A stretch of 64,000 nucleotides of DNA, from contig JAQUKX010000004.1 of NCBI GenBank assembly GCA_028718865.1, positions 35,753 through 99,752 on the forward strand, in the 5' to 3' direction. The notes beneath the pieces are model-generated. The model had not been told where the DNA came from and searched no databases. It was given only the letters and a program-made list of their open reading frames with translations. This document shows positions 9,642-19,387 of the stretch, piece after piece. This DNA is from Patescibacteria group bacterium (lineage in GTDB: Bacteria; Patescibacteriota; Patescibacteriia; UBA1558; GWA2-36-10). The position numbers were made by a program, and so were the translations under genes. Position 1 is the stretch's first letter; each line of letters starts with the position of its first letter.

Positions 9642-11028
9642 TGATTAATTTGTCAAACTGTCTAGCACGATCAAATTCATTGATAAACATATTGAAGCTG
9701 GCTGCTGCCGGCGACAGCAACAAGCAATCAGCGCCTCGGCTATTTACCCAAGCCAGTCCCCAAGCTTTTTCTAAGCTGGGCAGACCAACTATCATACGAC
9801 TCTTGGGAAATCTTATCCGGCGCAACTCAAGTAATAATTTATCGCTGGCACTACCGTCCAAAAGCAACAAAAATACTTTTCCTTTTTTTATTTCCCGAGC
9901 CAAAAGACGATAATCCATATTTTTGTCCATACCACCGGCAATCAATAGAATCTTTTTACCGGCCAAGGCCCTAAGAGCGGCAATGGTGGCATCAGGATTG
10001 GTGGCAGTAGAATCATTGTAAATATCTACTCCGTCAATATTCGCCTTATACTGCAAGCGATAATCAACGCCTTTAAAGCGACTCACTGCCTTGGCAATAT
10101 TTTTGTCTTTGATGCCGACTATTTTAGCTACTGCTATGGCTGCCAAAGCGTTTTGCAGATTATGTTCGCCCAAAAGCTTAAATTCGCCAGCCGACATGAT
10201 AACCCGACTTTTTCTACCATTGTAAAAACAAATATTTCCTTTGGCCAAATAAGCGCCTTTGACTTTTTGCCCAGTAGAATAAAAATAAACTCGGGCTTTA
10301 GTGTCTTTGACAAAAGAACGGCTGTGAGTATTATCAAAATTCAAAACGCAAATGTCACTTTTGACCTGATGCCGGACTATGGCTCTTTTGGCGTTTTTGT
10401 AGGCGGCAAAATTAGCATAAGTATTTAAATGATCCTTTAAGACATTGGTCACCACTGCAATATGAGGCGACACTCGATATTCATCCATCTTTTCCAATTG
10501 CCAGCTGGAGAGCTCCACTACTGGCAGGGATTTAACTTTAAGTTTGTCTAGGGCCGCCAGCATGGGACTAGTGGCAATATTGCCGGTTACTACATTGCTT
10601 TTTATCTCCGTCTTGATGATTTGATGGATCAAAGTAGCAGTGCTTGATTTGCCTCTGGTTCCAGTCACGCCTATAGACCGACCGGGATAAAGCCCAAAAA
10701 ACATCACCGCTTCATTGATAATGGGAATATTATTTTTTTTAGCTTCCGCCAGATAAATAGAATCCCTGGGCACGCCCGGATTTTGAATAATCAAATCCTG
10801 ATCCTTGAAATCTCTGACATCATGCCGACCCAAAGTGTAGCGGATATGCTCCGATCCTTTAAAAAATTTTATTTTATCCAAAGCCGGCCTAAGCTGACTC
10901 CTATTTTTCAAATCCGTAACAGTCAAAATTGCTTTATTTTTTAGCAGCCACTCTAAAACCGCCAAAGCGCCGCCGTGCAAGCCCAATCCCATTAGCAAAA
11001 CTTTTTTGCCTTGGAACTGCTTTACCAT
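9616..11028 (-). CDS. murD: UDP-N-acetylmuramoylalanine--D-glutamate ligase
   Basis: 470 aa; GVTGTRGKSSTATL P-loop, MurD N-terminal LGLGLHGGALA. Confidence 0.9.
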   Translation of the reverse strand: MVKQFQGKKVLLMGLGLHGGALAVLEWLLKNKAILTVTDLKNRSQLRPALDKIKFFKGSEHIRYTLGRHDVRDFKDQDLIIQNPGVPRDSIYLAEAKKNNIPIINEAVMFFGLYPGRSIGVTGTRGKSSTATLIHQIIKTEIKSNVVTGNIATSPMLAALDKLKVKSLPVVELSSWQLEKMDEYRVSPHIAVVTNVLKDHLNTYANFAAYKNAKRAIVRHQVKSDICVLNFDNTHSRSFVKDTKARVYFYSTGQKVKGAYLAKGNICFYNGRKSRVIMSAGEFKLLGEHNLQNALAAIAVAKIVGIKDKNIAKAVSRFKGVDYRLQYKANIDGVDIYNDSTATNPDATIAALRALAGKKILLIAGGMDKNMDYRLLAREIKKGKVFLLLLDGSASDKLLLELRRIRFPKSRMIVGLPSLEKAWGLAWVNSRGADCLLLSPAAASFNMFINEFDRARQFDKLINDSQKKKK

Positions 11029-12074
11029 AAATGCAAATCAATAATAGCCAATATCAGCCCGCCAACCGCGCAAACCGCCGCTATTACCCAAAAGCGCATC
11101 ACCACTTTGGTTTCCGGCCAGCCTTTGGCTTCAAAATGATGATGTATAGGCGCTGATAAAAATACTTTTTTCTTTCTGATTTTTTTCGACAAAATCTGAA
11201 TAATCACCGATAGTGATTCCAAAAGCAATAAAAAGCCGATAATAGGCAAAAGCAAAGGATAGCCCGTAAGCATAGCCACTATTCCCAGAGAAATTCCCAA
11301 AGACATAGCGCCGGTATCGCCCATAAAAAAACGAGCCGGATTGATGTTGAACCACAAAAAAGCCAAAAGGGCTCCTGAAATAACACCGCAAAATGTGGCC
11401 AGATTATAATTGCCTTGAGCAAAAGCAATTGTGCCGTAGCTGGCAAAGGCCGCCAAAACTATGCCGCCGGCCAAACCGTCCAAACCATCGGCTTCATTGA
11501 CTGAAAAAGCAGTAGCCACCAAAATAAAAATGAAAAAAGGAATAAACCACCAGCCAATACTGAAAATACCGACAAAAGGCACTCTCACTAGATCCCAGTC
11601 CAGCTTGAAGTAAAACCACCAAGCGCCAAACATGGCTATCAAAGTATAAATAAACAAACGATGCTTGACTGTCAGTCCTCCACCCTTACCTCCTCCTTGG
11701 CGAGTGACATTGAACCAATCATCCAAAAGACCAACCAAAGCCGAAGCTACCAAAGCACCCAGTGGTAAATAAGTTTCACGACGAGTTAAAAAATTAAATT
11801 GCCCTAAAAAAGAATCTGGCCAAAAATGCTCTATCCAAAAAAAACCTAAAGCCAAAATCAAAACTGTCAACCAAATCAAAACCCCTCCCATAGTCGGTGT
11901 GCCGGCCTTAGTCTTGTGCATTTGAGAAAAAAGAGGTGTCTGGCCGTCGTCACGAATACTTTTTACCATTTTATACTTATACAACAAGTGGGTCCAAAGC
12001 GGTGTTAGTAAAAAAGCTAAAATAAAAGCAAAACCGGTCAAAGATAAAATTTTTACAATTTCTATAGCTGGCAT
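11022..12074 (-). CDS. mraY: phospho-N-acetylmuramoyl-pentapeptide-transferase
   Basis: 350 aa polytopic; DGLDGLAGG, NINPARFFMGDTGAMSLG and PIHHHFE motifs of MraY. Confidence 0.92.
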   Translation of the reverse strand: MPAIEIVKILSLTGFAFILAFLLTPLWTHLLYKYKMVKSIRDDGQTPLFSQMHKTKAGTPTMGGVLIWLTVLILALGFFWIEHFWPDSFLGQFNFLTRRETYLPLGALVASALVGLLDDWFNVTRQGGGKGGGLTVKHRLFIYTLIAMFGAWWFYFKLDWDLVRVPFVGIFSIGWWFIPFFIFILVATAFSVNEADGLDGLAGGIVLAAFASYGTIAFAQGNYNLATFCGVISGALLAFLWFNINPARFFMGDTGAMSLGISLGIVAMLTGYPLLLPIIGFLLLLESLSVIIQILSKKIRKKKVFLSAPIHHHFEAKGWPETKVVMRFWVIAAVCAVGGLILAIIDLHLW

Positions 12075-12075
12075 A

Positions 12076-12447
12076 CTAGGTATTATAATTTAAAATAGTG
12101 AATAAATATAAAAATAAAGCCAAATTGATAAAAAGTATGGTACTAAGGAGTAAATAAGCGCTCAAACGGCTTCTGGTCCACAACAAAATCGCCAGCCAAA
12201 AATTCAAAATAGATGCTGCCAAAAAAATTGCCGGAATAATAAATAGCCAATTATGCCCGGCAATGACATCAATGCCTGAATAAATATTGACATGGATAAC
12301 GGCCAAAGGGTCGGGTTTGACCCTTTTAAACAAAAAAACAGACCAAGAAGACAGGATAAAAAGTAAAGAAAAATTGGTCAACCAAAAGGCCAATTTATCT
12401 TTATACAAAACTTTGGCTGATCTTAAAATTGTCATATTTAATAACAA
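12076..12447 (-). CDS. hypothetical multi-pass membrane protein
   Basis: 123 aa, 3-4 predicted hydrophobic helices, 2 nt upstream of mraY. Confidence 0.5.
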   Translation of the reverse strand: MLLNMTILRSAKVLYKDKLAFWLTNFSLLFILSSWSVFLFKRVKPDPLAVIHVNIYSGIDVIAGHNWLFIIPAIFLAASILNFWLAILLWTRSRLSAYLLLSTILFINLALFLYLFTILNYNT

Positions 12448-12483
12448 TATTTTACCATAATAAGGGATAAAAATCTAACAAAA

Positions 12484-12762
12484 TTATATTGCCCTCACTT
12501 CTTTTACTTCTGGCATCTGACTTCTTATTTCTGCTTCAATGATATGCTTCAAAGTCACATCAGCCAAAGGACAATGGGCGCAAGCACCTTGGAGCACTAC
12601 CTCCACAATCCCTTTTTTCTTATCATAGCTTATCAGCTCGAGATTGCCACCGTCACGAACCAACGCTGGACGAATTTTATCCAAAATTTTATTTAATTTA
12701 TTTTCATCTTTATCAAGCTTGACTGTTTTTTTAACTTTGGGCTTTATATTTGATTTTGGCAT
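12484..12762 (-). CDS. NifU/Nfu-type Fe-S cluster scaffold domain protein
   Basis: 92 aa; ...IRPALVRDGGNLELISYDKKKGIVEVVLQGACAHCPLADVTLKHIIE... NifU C-terminal domain with C-x2-C. Confidence 0.8.
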   Translation of the reverse strand: MPKSNIKPKVKKTVKLDKDENKLNKILDKIRPALVRDGGNLELISYDKKKGIVEVVLQGACAHCPLADVTLKHIIEAEIRSQMPEVKEVRAI

Positions 12763-12776
12763 ATTTTTTAAAATGT

Positions 12777-13499
12777 TTATTTTTTTCTCAACTTAGCAAT
12801 CGTATTACCCGCTTCAAGCAAGGTATCAAAAGTTCCAGTGTCTAACCAATAATGCTCATAAATTTTTACATCAAGCTGGCCGTCTTTGAGGTATAGATTA
12901 TTAATGTCGGTAATCTCTAATTCTCCCCGAGCTGATGGTTTTAGATTTTTGGCCTTGTCTACTACGCTATTATCATAAATATATAATCCAGTAATTGCAA
13001 AATTGCTTTTTGGTTTTTTTGGTTTTTCCTCAATACTGATTGCCTGCCTATCGGCGTCAAATTCCACCACGCCAAATCTCTGAGGATCAGATACTTCTTT
13101 GGCAAAAACCCGACCGCCACTATCAAAACTTTTAATAGCGCTACGCAAAAATTCACCATCGCCAACAAAAAGATTGTCACCAAGAATCAAAGTAACATTA
13201 TCATCACCAATAAAATTCTCGCCAATTAAAAATGCTTGGGCAATGCCCTCTGGCTTGTCTTGAACTTCATAGCTTATCTTTACGCCAAAATCTTTACCAC
13301 TACCCAGAAGACGGACAAAATTACCAATATTACTCGGATCGGAAATTATCAAAATATCTTTTATACCTCCCTCTATCAAAGTTTCCAAGGGATAATAAAT
13401 CATCGGCTTGTCATAAACAGGCAAAAGCTGTTTGCTAGTTACTTTGGTAAGTGGCTGAAGTCTACTACCGGCTCCGCCGGCAAGTATTATACCTTTCAT
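12777..13499 (-). CDS. rmlA: glucose-1-phosphate thymidylyltransferase (short form)
   Basis: 240 aa; [18 protein letters not shown] nucleotidyltransferase G-loop, ...GVVEFD... sugar-binding core. Confidence 0.85.
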   Translation of the reverse strand: MKGIILAGGAGSRLQPLTKVTSKQLLPVYDKPMIYYPLETLIEGGIKDILIISDPSNIGNFVRLLGSGKDFGVKISYEVQDKPEGIAQAFLIGENFIGDDNVTLILGDNLFVGDGEFLRSAIKSFDSGGRVFAKEVSDPQRFGVVEFDADRQAISIEEKPKKPKSNFAITGLYIYDNSVVDKAKNLKPSARGELEITDINNLYLKDGQLDVKIYEHYWLDTGTFDTLLEAGNTIAKLRKK

Positions 13500-13586
13500 A
13501 TGTTTCTATTATGTCATTCCTGCGAAAGCAGGAATCTGGCTAGATTCCGCAATTCACCAGCTGGTAAACGGAATAACTAATTAATT

Positions 13587-14468
13587 TTACTTTTTACTAT
13601 CTCTATACTTTTTAATAGCATCCTCTACTGCTTCTTTTACTGGACGCATCTTAATGCCTAATTTTGGCAAATTAAGTGAGGTCATGACATTGTTTGATCT
13701 TTTTTTATCTGCCAAACCGAGTTCGACAAGCTCACCCTCGCTAATCCAATCATTGCTATGACTAGGATCTACATATTTTTTATACATTTCCATAATCTCA
13801 CGCCACTTGATAGAACCGGGATTGGTCACATGATATATACCTTCGGCTTTTTTTTCCAAAAGCTGATGAAATACATCTATCATATCCTCTACTACAGTAA
13901 TACTGTTTTCTACATCAACTATCTTGGGATAGCTAGCTAGCTTGTCTATCAGATTGGCAGGATGAGGCTGGCAGTCTAAAGGTATGCGAATTCTAGCCAC
14001 GCCAATATTTGGCAGTTTGGATAGGACCAAATCAGCCGCGTATTTACATCTGGTATAGACGGCCACTGGATTGGCATAATCCTCTTCTGTCCAAGCCTGA
14101 TTGTCTGGCGCAGTGCCGTAAAATATACAACCAGTTCCCATATGCAAAAGATAAACTCCTTTTTTCTGGCAAGTCTCGGCAATTATCAAAGGTAAAAGAG
14201 TATTACCTTTGTAAGTTTCCACTTGATGAGTTTCACACCAGTCTACATTGGGTTTGCCCACTATACCAGCAGCATTGAGTATAGTATCGGGCTGATGCTC
14301 GTCAATTAATTTTTCAACATCTTCTACTGTCTCGACAATCTTGTCGGTAATAACTGCATCATCCCAACTCTGAGCACAGCGAGTGCCTAAATACCCCTTG
14401 CCTATTATTAATATTTTTCCGCCAGAGGCGGATCCCGCTTTGCGGGGCATATTACTTGTATTCATCAT
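13587..14468 (-). CDS. NAD(P)-dependent sugar reductase, dTDP-4-dehydrorhamnose reductase-like
   Basis: 293 aa; N-terminal GKGYLG Rossmann, ...NAAGIVGKPNVDWCE..., Y-x3-K (YTRCK); RmlD-like fold, substrate uncertain. Confidence 0.6.
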   Translation of the reverse strand: MMNTSNMPRKAGSASGGKILIIGKGYLGTRCAQSWDDAVITDKIVETVEDVEKLIDEHQPDTILNAAGIVGKPNVDWCETHQVETYKGNTLLPLIIAETCQKKGVYLLHMGTGCIFYGTAPDNQAWTEEDYANPVAVYTRCKYAADLVLSKLPNIGVARIRIPLDCQPHPANLIDKLASYPKIVDVENSITVVEDMIDVFHQLLEKKAEGIYHVTNPGSIKWREIMEMYKKYVDPSHSNDWISEGELVELGLADKKRSNNVMTSLNLPKLGIKMRPVKEAVEDAIKKYRDSKK

Positions 14469-14471
14469 AAC

Positions 14472-15155
14472 TCAAGCTTTTAAATGCTTCATGCCTACCT
14501 CAGGAAATTGCAAAAATTCTTTGCTGTTTATCAAATATTCCAAAACTTCCGCCATGTATTTTGGATTCAAAGCTAAAGAATAATCCCTTTTTCTAGAATA
14601 AGCGCTAAATAAAGGCGTATTCATGTAACCGGGATAAAAACCAATAACTCTAATATTATATTTACTTAATTCTGCTTGCAAGCATTTACTGAAACCATCA
14701 ACCGCATATTTACTAGCATAATAGACTACCCGCTCCTCTCTCCGAAAAAAAGCCGCCTGAGAAGCAATATTGATAATCGTCCCTTTTTTATTTTTTTTCA
14801 TAGAAGCAATAACTTCTCTGGCTAAAAGCATAAGCCCTGTCACATTTACATCAATTACTCTCTTTATTTCTTCCGGCTTATTGTTTCCCAACTCGCCCTC
14901 TATCCAAACTCCGGCATTATTTATCAGCACGTCAATCCGCTTGTGCTTTTTCAGAATATTTTTTATAGCTGTTTTGATTGACTGATAATCAGTAACATCG
15001 CATAGCTCATAATCGCATTTCAAAACTCTGGCCGCTCTTTTTAATTTCGCTTCTCTTGGCGATAAAATAATTACTTTATTTTTTGGCGAAAGTTTTTTGG
15101 CAGTGGCATAGCCCAAGCCACTTGTTCCTCCGGATATTGCTATTACTTTTTTCAT
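14472..15155 (-). CDS. short-chain dehydrogenase/reductase (SDR)
   Basis: 227 aa; ISGGTSGLG cofactor loop, NNAG, catalytic YYASKYAV (Y-x3-K). Confidence 0.8.
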   Translation of the reverse strand: MKKVIAISGGTSGLGYATAKKLSPKNKVIILSPREAKLKRAARVLKCDYELCDVTDYQSIKTAIKNILKKHKRIDVLINNAGVWIEGELGNNKPEEIKRVIDVNVTGLMLLAREVIASMKKNKKGTIINIASQAAFFRREERVVYYASKYAVDGFSKCLQAELSKYNIRVIGFYPGYMNTPLFSAYSRKRDYSLALNPKYMAEVLEYLINSKEFLQFPEVGMKHLKA

Positions 15156-15171
15156 AATTTATTTTCTTCTG

Positions 15172-16128
15172 CTAATTATTCTTATACCACTCTATAGTCT
15201 TATCTATCCCCTCTTCAAAACTAACTCTTGGCTCCCAGCCCAATTCATTTTTAATTTTAGAAAAATCAATGGCGTAGCGATAATCATGGCCCGGTCTGTC
15301 AGCTACTTTTTCTATTATTGAATCATATTTACCTAATTTCTCAATCAATAATTTGGCAATATCAATATTTCTTTTTTCATTGTCACCGCCCACCAGATAA
15401 GTTTCACCAATTTTACCTTTATGAATTATTAGGTCTATTGCTCGACAATGATCTTCTACGTAGAGCCAATCGCGGATATTTTTGCCTTCGCCATAAAGCG
15501 GGACTTTTTTATTTTGGAGTAAATTGCTAATAAAAAGTGGAATAAATTTTTCTTTGTGCTGATAAGGCCCGTAGTTGTTGGAGCAGTTGGAAATAGTAAT
15601 TGGCAATCCGTAGGTATGCCAATAAGCCCGCACTAGATGATCAGAGGCTGCTTTACTGGCCGCATAAGGGCTACGGGGATTATAAGGAGTATTTTCATTA
15701 AATTGAGGATCACCATCTTCTAAATGTCCAAAAACTTCATCAGTAGAAACATGATGAAAACGAATATTTTTTTCTTTGGCCACTTTGAGCAGATTATGCG
15801 TTCCCAAAATATTTGTTTTAACAAAAGCGTCCGGTCCGCTAATAGAATTATCCACATGGCTTTCAGCCGCAAAATTGACAATAATATCTATACTGAGCCC
15901 TGCCGAAGCATTCTCTTTGATAATTTGAGAAACCAAAGCATAATCCCCAATATCACCTTTAACAAACTTATATTTAGAATTATTTTCTACTGCCTTTAGA
16001 TTCTCCAAATTACCAGCATAAGTCAAAAGATCCAGATTGACAATTTTGTAATCAGGATATTTAGCGAATATATAATGAATAAAGTTTGAGCCGATAAATC
16101 CGGCTCCGCCAGTAATAAGTAAATTCAT
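15172..16128 (-). CDS. rmlB: dTDP-glucose 4,6-dehydratase
   Basis: ITGGAGFIGSNF, ...HHVSTDEVFG..., YAASKAASDHLV motifs; start placed at MNLLITGG (16128), ORF track starts 16146. Confidence 0.88.
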   Translation of the reverse strand: MNLLITGGAGFIGSNFIHYIFAKYPDYKIVNLDLLTYAGNLENLKAVENNSKYKFVKGDIGDYALVSQIIKENASAGLSIDIIVNFAAESHVDNSISGPDAFVKTNILGTHNLLKVAKEKNIRFHHVSTDEVFGHLEDGDPQFNENTPYNPRSPYAASKAASDHLVRAYWHTYGLPITISNCSNNYGPYQHKEKFIPLFISNLLQNKKVPLYGEGKNIRDWLYVEDHCRAIDLIIHKGKIGETYLVGGDNEKRNIDIAKLLIEKLGKYDSIIEKVADRPGHDYRYAIDFSKIKNELGWEPRVSFEEGIDKTIEWYKNN

Positions 16129-16142
16129 ATACTTATCATTCG

Positions 16143-16544
16143 TCAATTTATCTTTATCTTATTTAATACTTCTTCTGCTTTGCCTTCGGGATACTCTGCC
16201 TGCGACCATAGCTTGAGACCGTCTCCTTCATGTCGAGGTATAACATGAAAATGCAAATGCGGTACTACCTGGCCAGCTACTGAGTCATTATTAAGCTGTA
16301 AATTATAACCAGAGGCTAAATTTTTCTTAATAGATTGGCCTACTTTCTGAACTACCAAAATAACTTTGGCTAAAAGCTCTGGCGGGATTTCTTCAATATG
16401 TTGATAATGTTCTTTGGGCACGACCAATGAATGACCATGATTAACTGGCGCAATATCCAAAAAGGCCAAAGTATTTTCATCTTCATAAACTTTATAGCTT
16501 GGCAACTCTTTCTTAATTATTTTACAAAATATACAGTCTGACAT
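16143..16544 (-). CDS. HIT (histidine triad) family protein
   Basis: 133 aa; CIFCKII..., HLHFHVIP histidine triad. Confidence 0.85.
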   Translation of the reverse strand: MSDCIFCKIIKKELPSYKVYEDENTLAFLDIAPVNHGHSLVVPKEHYQHIEEIPPELLAKVILVVQKVGQSIKKNLASGYNLQLNNDSVAGQVVPHLHFHVIPRHEGDGLKLWSQAEYPEGKAEEVLNKIKIN

Positions 16545-16548
16545 GTTT

Positions 16549-18210
16549 TTATTCTCCTTTTTCTATTATTTTATAAAGTCTAAAACCTTCAATTTCCGCT
16601 ATCTCCTCTAAATCTAAGTTTACCTGATTGGCTGCTTGGCGGTCAAACTTAATTTGTTCTACGCTTTTATCGGCGTAATAATAAATTGGCGCCTGATTTA
16701 TTATTTTTTCCACTCGCGGCCAAAGTGGCAAATCCCCCTGAGGAGCTATCACCCTATATGCCGGAAAAAAAACTTTGTCGCTACGCTCGCTGATAATAAC
16801 TGCTTCGGATTCTATCAGAGCTGACACTGCTACAAACTGTCGGCTATAAGACTGCAAAGTCCGGCTATTTTCCACTAGGCCGTCGGGCTTGGATAAAAAA
16901 GCAATTTTCAAGGAAGATAGCATCAGCGCTGCTACTATTAGATAAAGTGCCGCCTGATTGAAGCGATTGGCTGCATAAAAAAGCCGAAAAATAAAATAAG
17001 CTATCAGCGGCAACACCCAAATGTAAAGCGGTAAAAAATAACGGACATAAGAAATAGAAATAGTATTGAGCTCTTTGACCAAAGGATCAGCCAAATCCCA
17101 AGAAGCGTAATAAAGCAAAATCAAAAAGAAAACAAAAGGTGTCAGTAAAAAATATTTTTTCCAGACACCGCTTGCTTTATTTTTCCAGAGTAAAAATAAT
17201 CCTGCCAGAGCAAAAATAAAGTGCGGCCAAGATAAGGCCATAAAATATTTATAAAAATTGACCGCTATCAGTCGGGGATCAAAGCCAAAAGGGAAAAAGG
17301 CTATTTGTAAAAGTCCGGCCAAGCCGCCCGCCGAACTATCAAGCTCTGTCGGCAATTCGCCCGAAGCCAATTGCAAATAACCGATTGCCAAAAATCCGCC
17401 ATAAGTGGCTTTGTTTAAAAATATAAACAAAAGAAAAATTGACAAAAATGATGCCAAGCCCAGAAGCAAATGCGACCAAGATAGCTGCCGGCGCTTGACA
17501 TACAAAATAAACAAACTAACAAAAGCCAGCCAAAAAAATTCCGAAGGCCGGATAAAAACCGCCAGTGATAAAAGCAGGCTGCCAAAAATAAAATAAAGAT
17601 GATATTTATCTTTTTGCCAGCTTTTGGCAATAAAATGCCAGCCAGCCAAAAGCAAAAAAATAAAAGCCACATTGGGCAGCATCACGGTATTGGCAAAAAA
17701 TACCCAAGGAGCCAGCGATAAAAACAATAAGGTTATTATCAGACCGAGATCAGTGCTTTGAAAAATAACCCGACTCAAACGATAGACAAAATATCCGCTT
17801 AGAGCCGCCAAAAGCGGGGTTAAAAATAAAATTCCCGCTCCACCCAGCAGCTTGAAAAACAAACCGAAAATCAACAACAGAGGCAAAAATGTCATTGGTA
17901 CCAAAAATCCGTCAACCACATTGATGCTGCGGCTATGAATAAGATTGTCAGTCAAAAGATTGAGTGGTTCAAAATAAGTAAAACTATTGCTCCGGGAAAA
18001 AACTTGGGCAAAAAAATAATTGGCATTGGCATCTGGCCAATTAAAAATAATATGACCGTTAGACAAATATTGAGGCAACCAAGCGAAAAAAATTGTAAAG
18101 CTATAAACAAAGAAAAACAAAAAGCAAAGCGCCCAAATAATAATGTTTATCTTCTTTTCTTTACTCATTGATAATATCCAATAATTTTTGATTGTATTTA
18201 TCCAGGACAA
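16549..18210 (-). CDS. GT-C fold membrane glycosyltransferase (PMT/ArnT-like, GT39/GT83-like)
   Basis: 553 aa, about 12 hydrophobic helices followed by a soluble C-terminal domain; architecture and sequence style of polyprenyl-phosphate-sugar dependent GT-C enzymes. Confidence 0.55.
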   Translation of the reverse strand: MSWINTIKNYWILSMSKEKKINIIIWALCFLFFFVYSFTIFFAWLPQYLSNGHIIFNWPDANANYFFAQVFSRSNSFTYFEPLNLLTDNLIHSRSINVVDGFLVPMTFLPLLLIFGLFFKLLGGAGILFLTPLLAALSGYFVYRLSRVIFQSTDLGLIITLLFLSLAPWVFFANTVMLPNVAFIFLLLAGWHFIAKSWQKDKYHLYFIFGSLLLSLAVFIRPSEFFWLAFVSLFILYVKRRQLSWSHLLLGLASFLSIFLLFIFLNKATYGGFLAIGYLQLASGELPTELDSSAGGLAGLLQIAFFPFGFDPRLIAVNFYKYFMALSWPHFIFALAGLFLLWKNKASGVWKKYFLLTPFVFFLILLYYASWDLADPLVKELNTISISYVRYFLPLYIWVLPLIAYFIFRLFYAANRFNQAALYLIVAALMLSSLKIAFLSKPDGLVENSRTLQSYSRQFVAVSALIESEAVIISERSDKVFFPAYRVIAPQGDLPLWPRVEKIINQAPIYYYADKSVEQIKFDRQAANQVNLDLEEIAEIEGFRLYKIIEKGE

Positions 18211-19381
18211 AAGCTGCCACGCTTTGACGGCAATTATCGGCCATCAACTTGATCGCTTCTCTTTGTCTATAAATATCTTCTATTTTCTTGCTCATCATGG
18301 CAAAATCACCAGCCGGAAAAATCCAACCGTTTTTGCCCTCTTGGATTAATTCTGCCGAGCCGCCAATATCAGCCGCCAAAACCGGCATGCCCATGCTCAA
18401 AGATTCATAAATAACCGTCGGCGAATTTTCATAACACAAGGAAGGCAAAACCATCACATCTGTCCGAGACAAAAGTGACAGGAGATTCTCATTGGGTAGC
18501 CAGCCATGGAAAAATATCCTCTTGTCCTTAGCGGCCAGTTCTTTGGCTTTTATAAAATCCTGGCCTATGCCTACTATATGCAACTTAAGATGAGGCAAAT
18601 TTATTTTTCTAAAACTCTCTATCAATCCCAAAACGCCCTTGGCTTTGTTTATCTGACCAAGATAGACCAATTCCAAATCAGGACTGGGATTTTTTTCGAT
18701 ATTTATCAAAAATTTCACTGGATTGGGCAAGACAACTTTTTTGGAGTTGGGGAAAAAAGCATGTTGCTGATAAAAATCCAGCAGAAAACGAGAAGGAGAA
18801 ATAACTATTTCCGGCGATCCCATCAGCCAGCGCATTATCCGCTTATATCCTAGAACTCTAAAAAAACGATGTTCAATGGAATTTTCCCGCCCTCTGATAA
18901 TCAATCCCGAGGGAGTGACCAACTGGACATCATGCACAATATGGACATGTTTGATTTTAAGACGCTTGATAAGTCTGGGCAGTAAAAATCCCAAACCCAT
19001 CAGATTGTGGGTAATTAGCAAATCAGGCTTTTGTTCCAATAATATTTTTTTGACTTTGAAATAAGAAAAAATATTAAAAGTGTCCCACAAATGCCACAAG
19101 CCCCTGATAAAAGCCGGATATTTAAAATCGTCCAGGTAATAATAAAGATTGACCGGATTAAAACGATAAACATCAATGTTGTTGATTTCATCCTTACTCT
19201 CTCCCCAGAGGCGGCCGGAAGAAAAAGAATGGCCATAAACAGGAATCTTAGCGGGACGGGAGCTAATAACAAAAACATGCTGCCAGGCTTTTTTCAAGCC
19301 TTCAGCCTGCATAGCCGCTATTACTTCGGCCCCGCCTCTGACAAAAGGCGGATATAAATTGCTGATAATACCAATTTTCAC
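18161..19381 (-). CDS. glycosyltransferase family 4 (GT-B)
   Basis: 406 aa; PPFVRGGAEV N-term and C-terminal E-x7-E region (ENSPTVIYESLSMGMPVLAADIGG). Confidence 0.85.
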   Translation of the reverse strand: MKIGIISNLYPPFVRGGAEVIAAMQAEGLKKAWQHVFVISSRPAKIPVYGHSFSSGRLWGESKDEINNIDVYRFNPVNLYYYLDDFKYPAFIRGLWHLWDTFNIFSYFKVKKILLEQKPDLLITHNLMGLGFLLPRLIKRLKIKHVHIVHDVQLVTPSGLIIRGRENSIEHRFFRVLGYKRIMRWLMGSPEIVISPSRFLLDFYQQHAFFPNSKKVVLPNPVKFLINIEKNPSPDLELVYLGQINKAKGVLGLIESFRKINLPHLKLHIVGIGQDFIKAKELAAKDKRIFFHGWLPNENLLSLLSRTDVMVLPSLCYENSPTVIYESLSMGMPVLAADIGGSAELIQEGKNGWIFPAGDFAMMSKKIEDIYRQREAIKLMADNCRQSVAAFVLDKYNQKLLDIINE

Positions 19382-19387
19382 TTTTAT

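Noticed and set aside
13500-13586. Hairpin region read as a rho-independent terminator
   Set aside because: There is no U-tract after either hairpin on either strand. Two alternative pairings share a strand, so it is better described as a possible regulatory leader.
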